Shown one piece after another: positions 1 to 9,994 of a stretch of DNA of 63,813 nt. This stretch comes from an uncultured Anaerolinea sp. (lineage in GTDB: Bacteria > Chloroflexota > Anaerolineae > Anaerolineales > Villigracilaceae), in contig CAYLOW010000001.1 of the NCBI GenBank assembly GCA_964385315.1, positions 1-63,813 on the forward strand, in the 5' to 3' direction. The translations under genes and the position numbers were made by a program. Numbering within the stretch: position 1 is the stretch's first letter; every line of letters begins with the position of its first letter. The notes under the pieces were generated by a model. It had not been told where the DNA came from. It ran no database searches and saw only the letters and a program-made list of their open reading frames with translations.

Positions 1-1634
1 CAAAACTGCCTTCCATAAAAATCACCATGCGCAACATGTGTGACCTTGAATTGATAGCCACTGGCGGATTTTCACCTCTGACAACTTTCATGGGCAAAGC
101 AGATTATGACCGTGTACTGCATGAAATGCGCCTTGCAGATGGAACACTCTTTCCGCTTCCCATTACCCTGACCGCTGATCCCAAGGAGCTGCCGACTGTC
201 GGCGAAGAGCTGGCATTGCGCAGTGCAAACTTTGATCTGATCGCAGTAATGACTCTTGACGAGGTCTATCACTGGGATGCACAAACAGAAGCTGCGTTGG
301 CTTATGGTTCGACCGATTCCAAGCACCCGATGGTTTCCGAAATGGCACGCTGGAATAAGGTTTGTATTTCCGGGCCTTTGAAAGTCGTCAATCTGCCCAA
401 GTATTACGATTTTGTGAATCTGCGTCACACGCCCGCCCAGGTACGCGCCATGCTGGAAGAGATGGGACACGACAACGTAGTTGCATTCCAGACCCGCAAT
501 CCCTTGCACCGTATCCACGAAGAACTCACCAAACGTGCTGCCGCAGAAGTCAAGGGCTCCTTGATTGTCCACCCGGTTGTCGGTATGACCAAGCCTGGAG
601 ATGTGGATCATTACACCCGCGTCCGGACCTACAAAGCATTGGTTGATAACTACTACGACAAGAAGGACACCATGCTCAGCCTTTTGCCCCTGGCGATGCG
701 TATGGCGGGACCGAAGGAAGCGCTGCTTCATGCCATTATCCGCCGTAACCACGGTGCAAATCACTTTATTGTTGGGCGGGATCATGCGGGTCCGGGAAAT
801 GATTCTGCGGGTAAACCGTTCTATGGGCCGTACGATGCGCAGGAAGTCATGAAGAAGTACGAAGCAGAACTTGGCGTCAAGATGGTTCCCTTTGAAATGC
901 TGGTTTATCTTCCTGATGAAGACCGTTATGTGGAAGAGAAGGACGTGCCAAAAGGCGCGAAGACTGCCAATATCTCCGGTACGCAAGTTCGCGATGTTTA
1001 TCTTGCCAAGGGTAAATTATTACCCGAATGGTTCACACGCCCCGAGACCGCTGAAATTCTGCGCGAAATGTATCCCCCGCGCCACAAACAGGGATTTTGT
1101 ATCTGGTTCACAGGATTGAGCGGATCAGGGAAGAGTGCCACCACTGAAGTGCTCACCACCCTACTCCTCGAGCGTGGACGTGAGATTGCCATCCTTGACG
1201 GCGACGTTGTCCGCACGCACCTTTCCAAGGGTCTTGGTTTCAGCAAAGAGGATCGTGATACCAACATCCTGCGTATCGGATTCGTGGCTGGGGAAATTGT
1301 CCATGCCAGCGGCGCAGTAATCTGTGCAGCGATCAGCCCCTACCGCTCCACCCGCGCCGAAGCCCGCAAGATGGTCGGTGAGAATTTTGTTGAAGTTTAT
1401 ATGGATACTCCTGTTGAAGTCTGTGAACAGCGCGATGTGAAGGGCTTATATGCCAAGGCGCGTCAGGCAGTGCTGGATGGCAAGCCAATGGGCTTTACCG
1501 GCGTTGATGATCCCTATGAACCGCCCATCGAACCTTCGATCACGCTCAAGGGCTTTGGTGCTTCGCCGGAAGAAAATGCACACATCATCGTCAAATATCT
1601 TGAAGAGCAGGGCTATATCCTAAAGCAAGTTTAA
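1..1634 (+). CDS. sat: Bifunctional sulfate adenylyltransferase / adenylylsulfate kinase (PAPS synthesis); 5' end lies outside the window
   Basis: ATP-sulfurylase motifs AFQTRNPLHRIHE and FIVGRDHAG. C-terminal APS kinase with P-loop GLSGSGKS, LDGDVVR and FTGVDDPYEPP. The frame is open back to the window edge (KLPSIKITMRN). Confidence 0.95.
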   Translation, partial: KLPSIKITMRNMCDLELIATGGFSPLTTFMGKADYDRVLHEMRLADGTLFPLPITLTADPKELPTVGEELALRSANFDLIAVMTLDEVYHWDAQTEAALAYGSTDSKHPMVSEMARWNKVCISGPLKVVNLPKYYDFVNLRHTPAQVRAMLEEMGHDNVVAFQTRNPLHRIHEELTKRAAAEVKGSLIVHPVVGMTKPGDVDHYTRVRTYKALVDNYYDKKDTMLSLLPLAMRMAGPKEALLHAIIRRNHGANHFIVGRDHAGPGNDSAGKPFYGPYDAQEVMKKYEAELGVKMVPFEMLVYLPDEDRYVEEKDVPKGAKTANISGTQVRDVYLAKGKLLPEWFTRPETAEILREMYPPRHKQGFCIWFTGLSGSGKSATTEVLTTLLLERGREIAILDGDVVRTHLSKGLGFSKEDRDTNILRIGFVAGEIVHASGAVICAAISPYRSTRAEARKMVGENFVEVYMDTPVEVCEQRDVKGLYAKARQAVLDGKPMGFTGVDDPYEPPIEPSITLKGFGASPEENAHIIVKYLEEQGYILKQV

Positions 1635-1736
1635 TAAGTTTTTCCCGGAGACGCTCTATCATCCAATCCTCCCCTGAAGGGAATTCCCCTTTTGGTTAAG
1701 AGTTAGGGGCGGTGGAGCGTCTCTGTACTTTATCCG

Positions 1737-3332
1737 ATGAAACAATATTTGAAGTCCCAATCACTTTTTTTGATCGTCCTCGGTTTGATTGTTGTGGGTG
1801 CGATAGGTATGCTGCTGTACGGCACGCCTGAAGGGCTTGGGCTATCAGATGATTCGATCGGTTATATCGCAGGTGCACGCAGTATTCTTGGCGGTCAGGG
1901 CTACCGTGAGGCCTGGCTGGCGAGCAATCAGCCTGTTACACATTTCCCTCCCGGTTTTTCATTCACATTGGCACTGGTCGGTCTTAGCGGACTTGATCCC
2001 TTGCGCGGCGCACACTTTTTGAATGCGTTGCTTTTTGGCGCAAATGCATTTCTGCTGGGTATCCTCGGTTGGAACATGACCAAATCACAGGCGGCGGGCG
2101 TGACATTGGCCTTGCTATTTGCGGTCAATGCCTCGCTGTTTAATGTTCATGCCGTGGCAATGAGTGAACCCCTGTATATATTCTTCACCATTGCTGCATT
2201 CCTAACTTTCTCAAAATATTTTTCTTCTTCATCCATTTCTCCCCAAGACAGTCGGAAGGGGGGGAGATGGCTTATCACGACCGGTGTTCTCACTGCCTTT
2301 GCTTATCTTACGCGCTATGCGGGACTGGCACTGGTGGCAACCTTTCTTGTTGCGTTGGTCCTCCTGCATGATACCTGGAAGAAAAGAATAACCAGCGCTG
2401 CGATCTTTATCGCCAGTACACTCCCTTTCATATTTGGGTGGGGCATCCGCAATAAAGCCGTAGCTGATAACGCCACCAATCGTACTCTGGTCTATCATCC
2501 GCTCACAACAGAAAATATTGAAGCAGGGATTTACAATATCTCGGAATTCTTCATTCCCCTGGAAGCATGGCGGCGCGCGCTAATGAAAATTCCCAACTTC
2601 TTTTTCATTTTAATTATCATTATTAGTATAACTCTTCTTATTTGGGTCTTTTACAAAGGCTTAAGAAAATTTCTCCAGCCAAACACTGAACAACTTGAAA
2701 TTTTATCCTTTACCAATGGGCTTTACCTTTTTGGTTATCTTGCCTCCATCGTTTCGTCCATGCTGCTCTTTGATGCCAGTACGAAATTCAAACTTCGCAT
2801 CCTTTCGCCGGTCTATGTTACTCTGTTGATCCTGTTTGTGTGGTTCGGATATTGGGCATGGCAGAACCGAAATATTATCTTTCGCGGGATTTTTACCCTA
2901 ATTGCAATTCTTATTTTGGCGCTTTCTGCCTACGATACATCGAATTTCGTGATCAAACTCCATAAAGGCGGACAGGGTTACGCATCTTTCAAATGGTATG
3001 ATTCAGCGGCGATGGATTTTTTGAGTGGACTTCCCGCAGGTACGCGTATTTACACCAACCAACCTGGTCCCGTTTACCTTTATACCGACCGCCCAAGTTA
3101 TGTCCTGCCCGACCTTGTGGATGCTGTCACGGGCTTGCCGCGTGACGGATATGATAGAGGCGTCAGAGCCCTGCAAAAAGATGTACTTTCAGGAGATGCG
3201 GCCCTGGCGCTTTTCCAATTTGGGTCGGAAGAGGAAGACGTGCAATCTGTTTACTTACAGCTTGCTGACGGTTTATATCTCGCTCACAACTCGCACGGTG
3301 ATAAAATTTATACAGAATATCCAAAACCTTAA
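1737..3332 (+). CDS. Polytopic GT-C fold (ArnT/PMT-like) glycosyltransferase
   Basis: Many TM segments, SDDS acidic motif after TM1, HFPPGF, MSEPLY, LTRYAG, and a soluble C-terminal domain. Confidence 0.7.
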   Translation: MKQYLKSQSLFLIVLGLIVVGAIGMLLYGTPEGLGLSDDSIGYIAGARSILGGQGYREAWLASNQPVTHFPPGFSFTLALVGLSGLDPLRGAHFLNALLFGANAFLLGILGWNMTKSQAAGVTLALLFAVNASLFNVHAVAMSEPLYIFFTIAAFLTFSKYFSSSSISPQDSRKGGRWLITTGVLTAFAYLTRYAGLALVATFLVALVLLHDTWKKRITSAAIFIASTLPFIFGWGIRNKAVADNATNRTLVYHPLTTENIEAGIYNISEFFIPLEAWRRALMKIPNFFFILIIIISITLLIWVFYKGLRKFLQPNTEQLEILSFTNGLYLFGYLASIVSSMLLFDASTKFKLRILSPVYVTLLILFVWFGYWAWQNRNIIFRGIFTLIAILILALSAYDTSNFVIKLHKGGQGYASFKWYDSAAMDFLSGLPAGTRIYTNQPGPVYLYTDRPSYVLPDLVDAVTGLPRDGYDRGVRALQKDVLSGDAALALFQFGSEEEDVQSVYLQLADGLYLAHNSHGDKIYTEYPKP

Positions 3333-3356
3333 AGTTTGTTATAACCTTTAGGTTTT
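3323..3356. repeat. Short imperfect palindrome (REP-like or terminator)
   Basis: AAAACCTTAAAGTT-tgttat-AACCTTTAGGTTTT overlapping the GT-C stop codon. Confidence 0.5.
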
Positions 3357-3371
3357 TAAAAAGGAAACCAA

Positions 3372-4199
3372 ATGACAATATTTGATAAATTCAGTTTAAA
3401 AGGCAAGGTTGCCGTCGTCACTGGCGGTGGTGGACAGCTGGGGACGGAATTTTCCCGAACATTCGGCGAAGCGGGTGCTTCAGTGGTGGTCGCCGATCTA
3501 TTGATGGATCACGCAAATAAAACATCGAAACTGCTGACGGATTTGGACTACGCCAATTTCGCCTTTCAACTTGATGTGACCAGTGTTGAGTCGACCCGTG
3601 AATTGGTTGCTGAAACATTGAAACGATTTGGACGTCTTGATATTCTTGTCAATTGCGCCGCCCTCGATCCAAAATTTGACCCTGACGCCGCATCCAAAGG
3701 AATTGCGCCCGGTGCGTTTGAAGATTATCCGTTGGAGCAATGGAACGCTGCCCTGGATGTGAATTTGACGGGTATCTTCCTGATGACCCAGGCTTGTGTC
3801 GCACCAATGATTGCACAAGGTAAAAAAGGCAGCATCATCAACATCTGCTCCACTTACGGATTAAATGGACCCGACCAGCGCATTTATATCAAAGATGGCA
3901 AGCGTGTGGCTTTCAAGCCTGTTTACTACACTACGACCAAGGCGGGTGTGATGGGCTTCACAAAATATTTATCAGCCTATTATGCCGGGACAGAGATTCG
4001 TGTGAACGCGCTTACCCCTGGTGGTGTGTTCAATAATCACGAAGATTATTTTGTCAAAAATTATTCCGCCAAGACGATTTTAGGCCGGATGGCAAAGAAA
4101 GACGAAATGAACGGCGCGTTATTGTTTCTTGCTTCTGATGCTTCCTCCTATATGACAGGTAATAATGTCATCGTCGACGGAGGATGGACGGCATGGTAG
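3372..4199 (+). CDS. SDR family oxidoreductase (nonulosonate-cluster associated)
   Basis: TGGGGQLG Rossmann motif, YTTTK catalytic YxxxK, IRVNALTPGG, VDGGWTAW. Confidence 0.92.
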   Translation: MTIFDKFSLKGKVAVVTGGGGQLGTEFSRTFGEAGASVVVADLLMDHANKTSKLLTDLDYANFAFQLDVTSVESTRELVAETLKRFGRLDILVNCAALDPKFDPDAASKGIAPGAFEDYPLEQWNAALDVNLTGIFLMTQACVAPMIAQGKKGSIINICSTYGLNGPDQRIYIKDGKRVAFKPVYYTTTKAGVMGFTKYLSAYYAGTEIRVNALTPGGVFNNHEDYFVKNYSAKTILGRMAKKDEMNGALLFLASDASSYMTGNNVIVDGGWTAW

Positions 4200-4262
4200 C
4201 CATAATGATCTGCGGCCGGTATTTATTAATAAGTATTAGAGATCGCCGGCGATTGACGACTG

Positions 4263-5480
4263 ATGAGTGATATTCTTGCCATCATCCCCGCACGTGGCGG
4301 GTCAAAAGGGATCCCGCGAAAGAACATTCGCTCATTTGCAGGCTATCCGTTGATTGCATGGAGTATTGCCGCCGCAAAACAATCGGACCTGGTCACACGT
4401 ATAATTGTTTCAACCGATGACGAGGAGATCGCGGCGATGGCCCGCGATTGGGGGGCTGAGACGCCTTTCCTTCGCCCTGCAGAATTTGCCCAGGACAAAA
4501 CCACAGATTTGCCCGTTTTTGAACATGCGCTCAAATGGTTGGAAGCTGTTGAAGGGTATCGCCCCGATGTAGTGATCCAATTACGTCCCACGTCGCCCAT
4601 CCGTCCGCGAAACATGGTTGACGATGCTGTCAATATCCTTCTTGGCCATGCTGATGCGGACTGCGTCCGCGGTGTTGTGCCTGCAGCCCAAAACCCATTC
4701 AAGATGTGGCGTTTCAATGGCGAAGATAAGCCTTTGAATCCGTTGCTTCATGTGGAAGGAATTCCCGAACCGTACAACGCACCGCGCCAGATTCTGCCGC
4801 CTGCCTACTGGCAGACGGGACACATTGATGCAATCCGTATTTCAACGATCATGAATAAAAATTCGTTGACAGGTGATGTCATTTATCCCCTGGTGATTGA
4901 CCCGAAATACACGGTGGATATTGATACATTACCTGATTGGGCAAAATATGAAGCCCTGGTCTACAGCGGGTTGGAAATGATTTCACCCGGGAAGAAGCGC
5001 AGGCAATTCCCTGAAATTGTTAAATTGATCATCTGTGATTTTGACGGTGTAGTGACTGACAACCTTGTCATCACCAACCAGGACGGCGGGGAATCGGTCA
5101 CTGCTTCACGCAGCGACAGTATGCATATTAAGACCCTGCGCGAAAAAGGGATCGAATTAATGATCCTCTCTTCGGAACCGAATCCTGTTGTGCTGGCACG
5201 CGCAAAAAAGATCGGCGTGGAAGCAATTCATAATACAGGAATGCAAAATAAAGGGCGTGTTATGCGCCAAGTTCTTGAACAGAAAAATATCCAGGCGGAG
5301 AATGTCATTTACATTGGCAATGACCTGAATGACCTTCCATGTTTTGAAATCGCCGGCTGGTCTGTGGCGGTTGCCGATTCCTATCCCGAAGTTATCCGTG
5401 CGGCAGACCATGTGTTGACGAGGAATGGCGGTCATGGGGCCGTGCGTGAATTGTGCGAACTTGTTTTGGAAAAAATATAA
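4263..5480 (+). CDS. neuA: CMP-nonulosonate synthetase fused to a KdsC-like HAD phosphatase
   Basis: IPARGGSKGIPRKN, LRPTSP, DIDT. C-terminal HAD domain with DFDGVVTD, GNDLND and GGHGAVRE. Confidence 0.9.
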   Translation: MSDILAIIPARGGSKGIPRKNIRSFAGYPLIAWSIAAAKQSDLVTRIIVSTDDEEIAAMARDWGAETPFLRPAEFAQDKTTDLPVFEHALKWLEAVEGYRPDVVIQLRPTSPIRPRNMVDDAVNILLGHADADCVRGVVPAAQNPFKMWRFNGEDKPLNPLLHVEGIPEPYNAPRQILPPAYWQTGHIDAIRISTIMNKNSLTGDVIYPLVIDPKYTVDIDTLPDWAKYEALVYSGLEMISPGKKRRQFPEIVKLIICDFDGVVTDNLVITNQDGGESVTASRSDSMHIKTLREKGIELMILSSEPNPVVLARAKKIGVEAIHNTGMQNKGRVMRQVLEQKNIQAENVIYIGNDLNDLPCFEIAGWSVAVADSYPEVIRAADHVLTRNGGHGAVRELCELVLEKI

Positions 5481-5549
5481 AATTTCGGGACATACTGCGC
5501 TCATCGTGTGTTCCAAATGTCAGGCATATAAAATCAAGGAGAATTAATA

Positions 5550-6431
5550 ATGGCTCGTGAAATAAAGTTTGGAAAACGAATGATGGGTGATGGACACCCA
5601 GCCTATATCATTGCGGAAGTTGGCATTAATCACAACGGTGATCTGGATATCGCAAAGAAGATCATTGATGCTGCTGCCCACGCGGGTGCGGACGCGGTAA
5701 AATTCCAGAAACGCACACCTGAAGTGTGTACGCCGCTTGATCAACAAAAGCAAATGCGAGAGACCCCCTGGGGCTACATCACATATCTGGATTATCGTTA
5801 TAAAGTTGAATTCAATGAGGAGCAATATCGCGAGATCGACCGCCACTGCAAGGAAAGGAAAATTGATTGGATGGCTTCGGTATGGGACGAACCCTCGGTC
5901 GATTTTATGGAAAAATTCGATACTCCTGCATATAAAGTGCCTTCTGCCTCGCTTACCGACCATAATCTGATGAAGCGTGTTCGTAAAACGGGCAAGCCCG
6001 TTATCATTTCAACCGGCATGTCAACAATGGAGCAGATTCATAAAGGTGTGAATGCTGTTGGTGTAGATAATCTGGTTATTATGCACTGCACCAGCACTTA
6101 TCCCTGCGAACCTGAAGAATTGAATCTCAGGATGATCGAAACACTTCGAAGGGAATTCCCAAATACACCCATTGGCTATTCAGGCCACGAAGTTGGGCTT
6201 GTGCCTTCGGCAGTTGCCATTGCTCTTGGTGCAACCTCCATTGAACGCCATATCACTTTGGATCGCGCCATGTGGGGCAGTGACCAGGCGGCATCCGTTG
6301 AGCCAGGTGGTTTCGAACGTCTGGTGAAATATATCCGGGTTACTGAGGCCGGGCTGGGTGATGGCGTGAAAAAAGTCTACGAATCCGAAAAGGGTTCGAT
6401 GAAGAAACTCCGTCGTGTTGTAAGCGAATAA
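5550..6431 (+). CDS. neuB: N-acetylneuraminate/KDN(-9-P) synthase family, short form without an antifreeze-like domain
   Basis: IAEVGINHNGD, AVKFQKR, HCTSTYP, GYSGHE, IERHITLD; 293 aa. Confidence 0.92.
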   Translation: MAREIKFGKRMMGDGHPAYIIAEVGINHNGDLDIAKKIIDAAAHAGADAVKFQKRTPEVCTPLDQQKQMRETPWGYITYLDYRYKVEFNEEQYREIDRHCKERKIDWMASVWDEPSVDFMEKFDTPAYKVPSASLTDHNLMKRVRKTGKPVIISTGMSTMEQIHKGVNAVGVDNLVIMHCTSTYPCEPEELNLRMIETLRREFPNTPIGYSGHEVGLVPSAVAIALGATSIERHITLDRAMWGSDQAASVEPGGFERLVKYIRVTEAGLGDGVKKVYESEKGSMKKLRRVVSE

Positions 6432-6493
6432 ACTATAAAACCACGAAGTAGCACAAAGCTTTGCTTCGAGCTGCTTCGTGGAATATTCTTCTC

Positions 6494-7348
6494 ATGGGTA
6501 TTACACAAAAATTCCGTCGCACGCTCCGTCCCTACGGGAAAACCGCTCAAGCCATCTTTCGATGGAAGCGGTTCTCTTTCGATGCTGTTCCCCCCGTATT
6601 TGGCAATTCCAAGCCCAAGAGCGGATCCCATCTTTTACTTCAGATTCTGAGCGGCTTTACCCAGATCATGCCCTACCGTTTTGTGGAGGCTGAGCCTGTT
6701 CGTACCATCAAGCAGAATGGGGGACGAAGGGCGGAAGGTGATATCGCAGTTGATTTGCGGGATATCCGCCGAGGTGTGATCGGCTGGGGATATGTGGATG
6801 CGTCACCGGATAATGTGGCAATATTGTGCCAGTCGAATCGCGTTAATTATTTCATCTACCGTGACCCGCGTGATATGCTAGTCTCGCAAGTATTCTTCGC
6901 AACCGACATGCACGGTGAACACGGGATGCACGAATATTACAATTCCCTGCCTGATTTTGGCGCGCGGCTCAATGTGGCGATCACAGGCATTGATCGTGAC
7001 GGGTTGAAAATGGTCAGCGTCAAGCAGCGCTACGAAGGCGTGTTTCAATGGCTGGAGCAAAAGCATGTGATGTGCATTCGCTTTGAAGATTTGATCAACA
7101 ACCGCGATGCGACGCTCACTGCCATGCTCAATGAAGTGGAAAAAACAGGGTACAAGATCCAGACTCCGCGCGAAAAGGCACTTGCCCTTTTGACGGATGC
7201 CATTCAACCGAATAAGAGTCATACCTTCCGCTCCGGGAAGACGGGCGGATGGAAACAGCATTTCAACGGGGAACACAAAACCTTATTCAAAAATGTGGCA
7301 GGTGATCTGCTGGTCAGGCTGGGGTATGAAAAAAATAATGATTGGTAA
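6494..7348 (+). CDS. PAPS-dependent sulfotransferase domain protein
   Basis: 5'-PSB motif PKSGSHLL, 3'-PB motif YRDPRD, FRSGKTGGWK. Start placed at ATG 6494. Confidence 0.85.
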   Translation: MGITQKFRRTLRPYGKTAQAIFRWKRFSFDAVPPVFGNSKPKSGSHLLLQILSGFTQIMPYRFVEAEPVRTIKQNGGRRAEGDIAVDLRDIRRGVIGWGYVDASPDNVAILCQSNRVNYFIYRDPRDMLVSQVFFATDMHGEHGMHEYYNSLPDFGARLNVAITGIDRDGLKMVSVKQRYEGVFQWLEQKHVMCIRFEDLINNRDATLTAMLNEVEKTGYKIQTPREKALALLTDAIQPNKSHTFRSGKTGGWKQHFNGEHKTLFKNVAGDLLVRLGYEKNNDW

Positions 7349-8993
7349 GGGCTGGATGAAAGATTTTTTCACCCAACGTATTAAACGCGGATTTGTCCGC
7401 AGGCTCAATAATTTCAAAATCGCCCGTGTTGCAAGGCAGGTTGCCAGTCGTGAGCCCCAGCCTCATGGCGATCCCATAGTCTTCTTCAAAGCTTCCACTG
7501 GTATTGATGATCTCTCCTGGAACAGCGGGTTTCACCTGCTGACCTCGTGGGCTTTTCGCTTGCAAGGCATCCCAATTGCTTATTTTGCCTGTAATTCAGG
7601 CATGAGTAAGTGCGTGCTGGGAACAAATAGGGAAAATTTGCAAAAGGCACCGCCGTGTAAATCCTGTGTCTATCAATCGAGGACGTTGTATGCCGGGGTG
7701 GGAGGTGATGACTTCAGAGGTTCTGAGAATTCGAACACGGCCGGATCCCTAGTCTATTGGTTTGATTATCAAGTCAATACACAGCTTGCTGCCGCCATTG
7801 AGAATCTTTCCATTCTCGAGCTTATGACCTTTGAATGGCAAACCATCCCGCTCGGCGTGCTGTGTCTGCCTGGCTTGAGATGGGTTTTACGAATTCATCA
7901 TCTGAGCGATGACGAACATACGCGCCGCCTTTATCGGGAATATATTTTATCGGCGTGGAATGTTGCGCAAAAATTTGACGCGATGCTCGAACGAACTCGT
8001 CCCCGGGCAGTTCTCGTTTTCAATGGGCAATTCTTCCCCGAGGCAACCGCGCGCTACATGGCCCATAAACGCGGGCTGCGGGTCATCACACATGAGGTGG
8101 GCTTGCAGCCGGCAACTGCATACTTCACTGAGGGCGAGGCGACAGCATACCCGATTCAGATTCCAGATGAATTTGAATTGAATGATGAGCAAAAAGCCAA
8201 ACTCGACACCTATCTCGCGAAGCGCTTTCAAGGTGATTTTACAATGGCGGGTATCAAATTTTGGGCTGATATAAAAGGGCTCGACGAATCATTTTTAAAG
8301 AAGGCTGAGGGCTTCAAGCAGATCGTCCCCATCTTTACCAATGTCATCTTTGATACCAGCCAGCCGCACGCCAACACTATTTTTGAAGATATGTTTAACT
8401 GGCTCGATTTAGTGCTGGAGGAGATTCACTCGTACCCTGAGACCCTGTTTGTGATTCGGGCACATCCTGATGAATCACGCGTGCGAAAAGCCAGTCGTCA
8501 GACTGTGGCAGGCTGGGTTGAAGCGCGCCGTGTAACAGATTTACCCAATGTTGTTTTCGTCTCGCCGAAGGAATCGCTTAGTTCATACGAATTGATTTTG
8601 AAGTCAAAATTCGTAGTGGTTTATAACTCCACCATCGGTCTGGAAGCATCGATCATGGGCGTGCCTGTCTTGTGCGCGGGCAAGGCAAGGTTTACACAAT
8701 ATCCCACGGTGTTTTTCCCGCAGACGAAAAAGGGGCAAAAAGAGAAATTTGAGGAATTATTAACCGCTGAAAAGGTTGAAGTTCCTTCTGAATTCAAGCG
8801 TAACGCCCGCCGATTTTTATATTACCAGTTGTTTAGAACCTCCCTGCCGTTTGGCGACTTCCTCGAACCATCTGTCCGCACCACGCAAACGAGGCTGAAA
8901 TCATTTGCGTTGGAGGACCTGACAACATCGGAGTCGATCAGGGTAATTGCGAATGGGGTATTGGATGGCGGGGATTTTTTATTAAAGGAATAA
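7338..8993 (+). CDS. Capsule polysaccharide biosynthesis protein (KpsS/KpsC-like; probable ulosonate transferase)
   Basis: GT-B motifs VIRAHP and YNSTIGLEASIMGVPV. Likely start ATG 7338 or 7356, near the upstream stop. Confidence 0.7.
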   Translation: MIGKGWMKDFFTQRIKRGFVRRLNNFKIARVARQVASREPQPHGDPIVFFKASTGIDDLSWNSGFHLLTSWAFRLQGIPIAYFACNSGMSKCVLGTNRENLQKAPPCKSCVYQSRTLYAGVGGDDFRGSENSNTAGSLVYWFDYQVNTQLAAAIENLSILELMTFEWQTIPLGVLCLPGLRWVLRIHHLSDDEHTRRLYREYILSAWNVAQKFDAMLERTRPRAVLVFNGQFFPEATARYMAHKRGLRVITHEVGLQPATAYFTEGEATAYPIQIPDEFELNDEQKAKLDTYLAKRFQGDFTMAGIKFWADIKGLDESFLKKAEGFKQIVPIFTNVIFDTSQPHANTIFEDMFNWLDLVLEEIHSYPETLFVIRAHPDESRVRKASRQTVAGWVEARRVTDLPNVVFVSPKESLSSYELILKSKFVVVYNSTIGLEASIMGVPVLCAGKARFTQYPTVFFPQTKKGQKEKFEELLTAEKVEVPSEFKRNARRFLYYQLFRTSLPFGDFLEPSVRTTQTRLKSFALEDLTTSESIRVIANGVLDGGDFLLKE

Positions 8994-9021
8994 TTTCGGT
9001 AAACCGACAGTGTGTCCGTTC

Positions 9022-9062
9022 AGAAAACGAGACAAGCCGTGAGTTGGCTTGCCTCGTTTTCT
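9022..9062. terminator. Bidirectional intrinsic terminator
   Basis: AGAAAACGAGACAAGCC / GGCTTGCCTCGTTTTCT inverted repeat between convergent genes. Confidence 0.75.
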
Positions 9063-9080
9063 ATTTGATCAGTATACTGC

Positions 9081-9992
9081 CTATTCAACAGCTTTAACCA
9101 ACCGTTCAAGTTGTGGGATGTTTTTAACACCAACTACCAGCGAAATAACTGCAGGTTTTTCCAATAAGCTTTTCAGGGAATGTTCGAGAAGGGTACGTCC
9201 CTGTTTTTTCGCTTCGGATTTTATCATCTCCAATTGATCGAACATTTCGCTGGTAAGAGCCATGGTCCATTCAGGCTTCTCGGCCTGACGTGAATCTTTT
9301 GGCGCTTCAATACCACGTTGATATTTATCCGTCAGTAAACCGCCTTGTAATACTTGATAGGGCAGGACTGTGATCTGCTCGCGCTGGCAGAGCGGTAATA
9401 TTTCAGCTTCAATGTCACGCTTGAGCAGGCTGTACGCAGGCTGTAATGCCACAGGACGCCGCAAGTTGTTTTCGTCGCAAATTTTGAGAAGATCGGTTAT
9501 TTGTTCCGAAGAGAAATTGGAAATTGCCCAGTAACGGATTTTTCCCATACCAATCAAATCATTGAATGCCTGGGCGGTCTCAGCCAGTGGAACGGACGGA
9601 TCGAATTTGTGCATATAGTAAAGGTCCACATAATCGGATCCCAGACGGGCGAGGGAACGGTCGATCTCCCTTAAGATATGTTTACGGCTCGCTCCCTGAT
9701 CGTTATCAGCGGGTCCGATCTTCATACCGACCTTGGTGGCGACCACTGCCTGTTCGCGCCTGCCTTTCAATGCCCTGCCCAGAATTTCCTCACCCACACC
9801 ACCAGCAGACCCCGGAAATCTTGTATAGCCTTCATACATGTTAGCTGTATCCATAAAATTGATGTCATGATCCAATGCCCATCGTGTGAGTTGAATGGCA
9901 TCGGTTTCACCAACGGGTGTGCCAAAGGTCATTGTACCCAAACACAACGAAGATACTTTCAGATCGGTTTTAGGAAGCGCTTGTTGGATCAT
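9081..9992 (-). CDS. Aldo/keto reductase
   Basis: LCLGTMTFG, DTANMY, VATKVG, SLARLGSDYVDLYYMH, GKIRYWAISN. Confidence 0.93.
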   Translation of the reverse strand: MIQQALPKTDLKVSSLCLGTMTFGTPVGETDAIQLTRWALDHDINFMDTANMYEGYTRFPGSAGGVGEEILGRALKGRREQAVVATKVGMKIGPADNDQGASRKHILREIDRSLARLGSDYVDLYYMHKFDPSVPLAETAQAFNDLIGMGKIRYWAISNFSSEQITDLLKICDENNLRRPVALQPAYSLLKRDIEAEILPLCQREQITVLPYQVLQGGLLTDKYQRGIEAPKDSRQAEKPEWTMALTSEMFDQLEMIKSEAKKQGRTLLEHSLKSLLEKPAVISLVVGVKNIPQLERLVKAVE

Positions 9993-9994
9993 AT

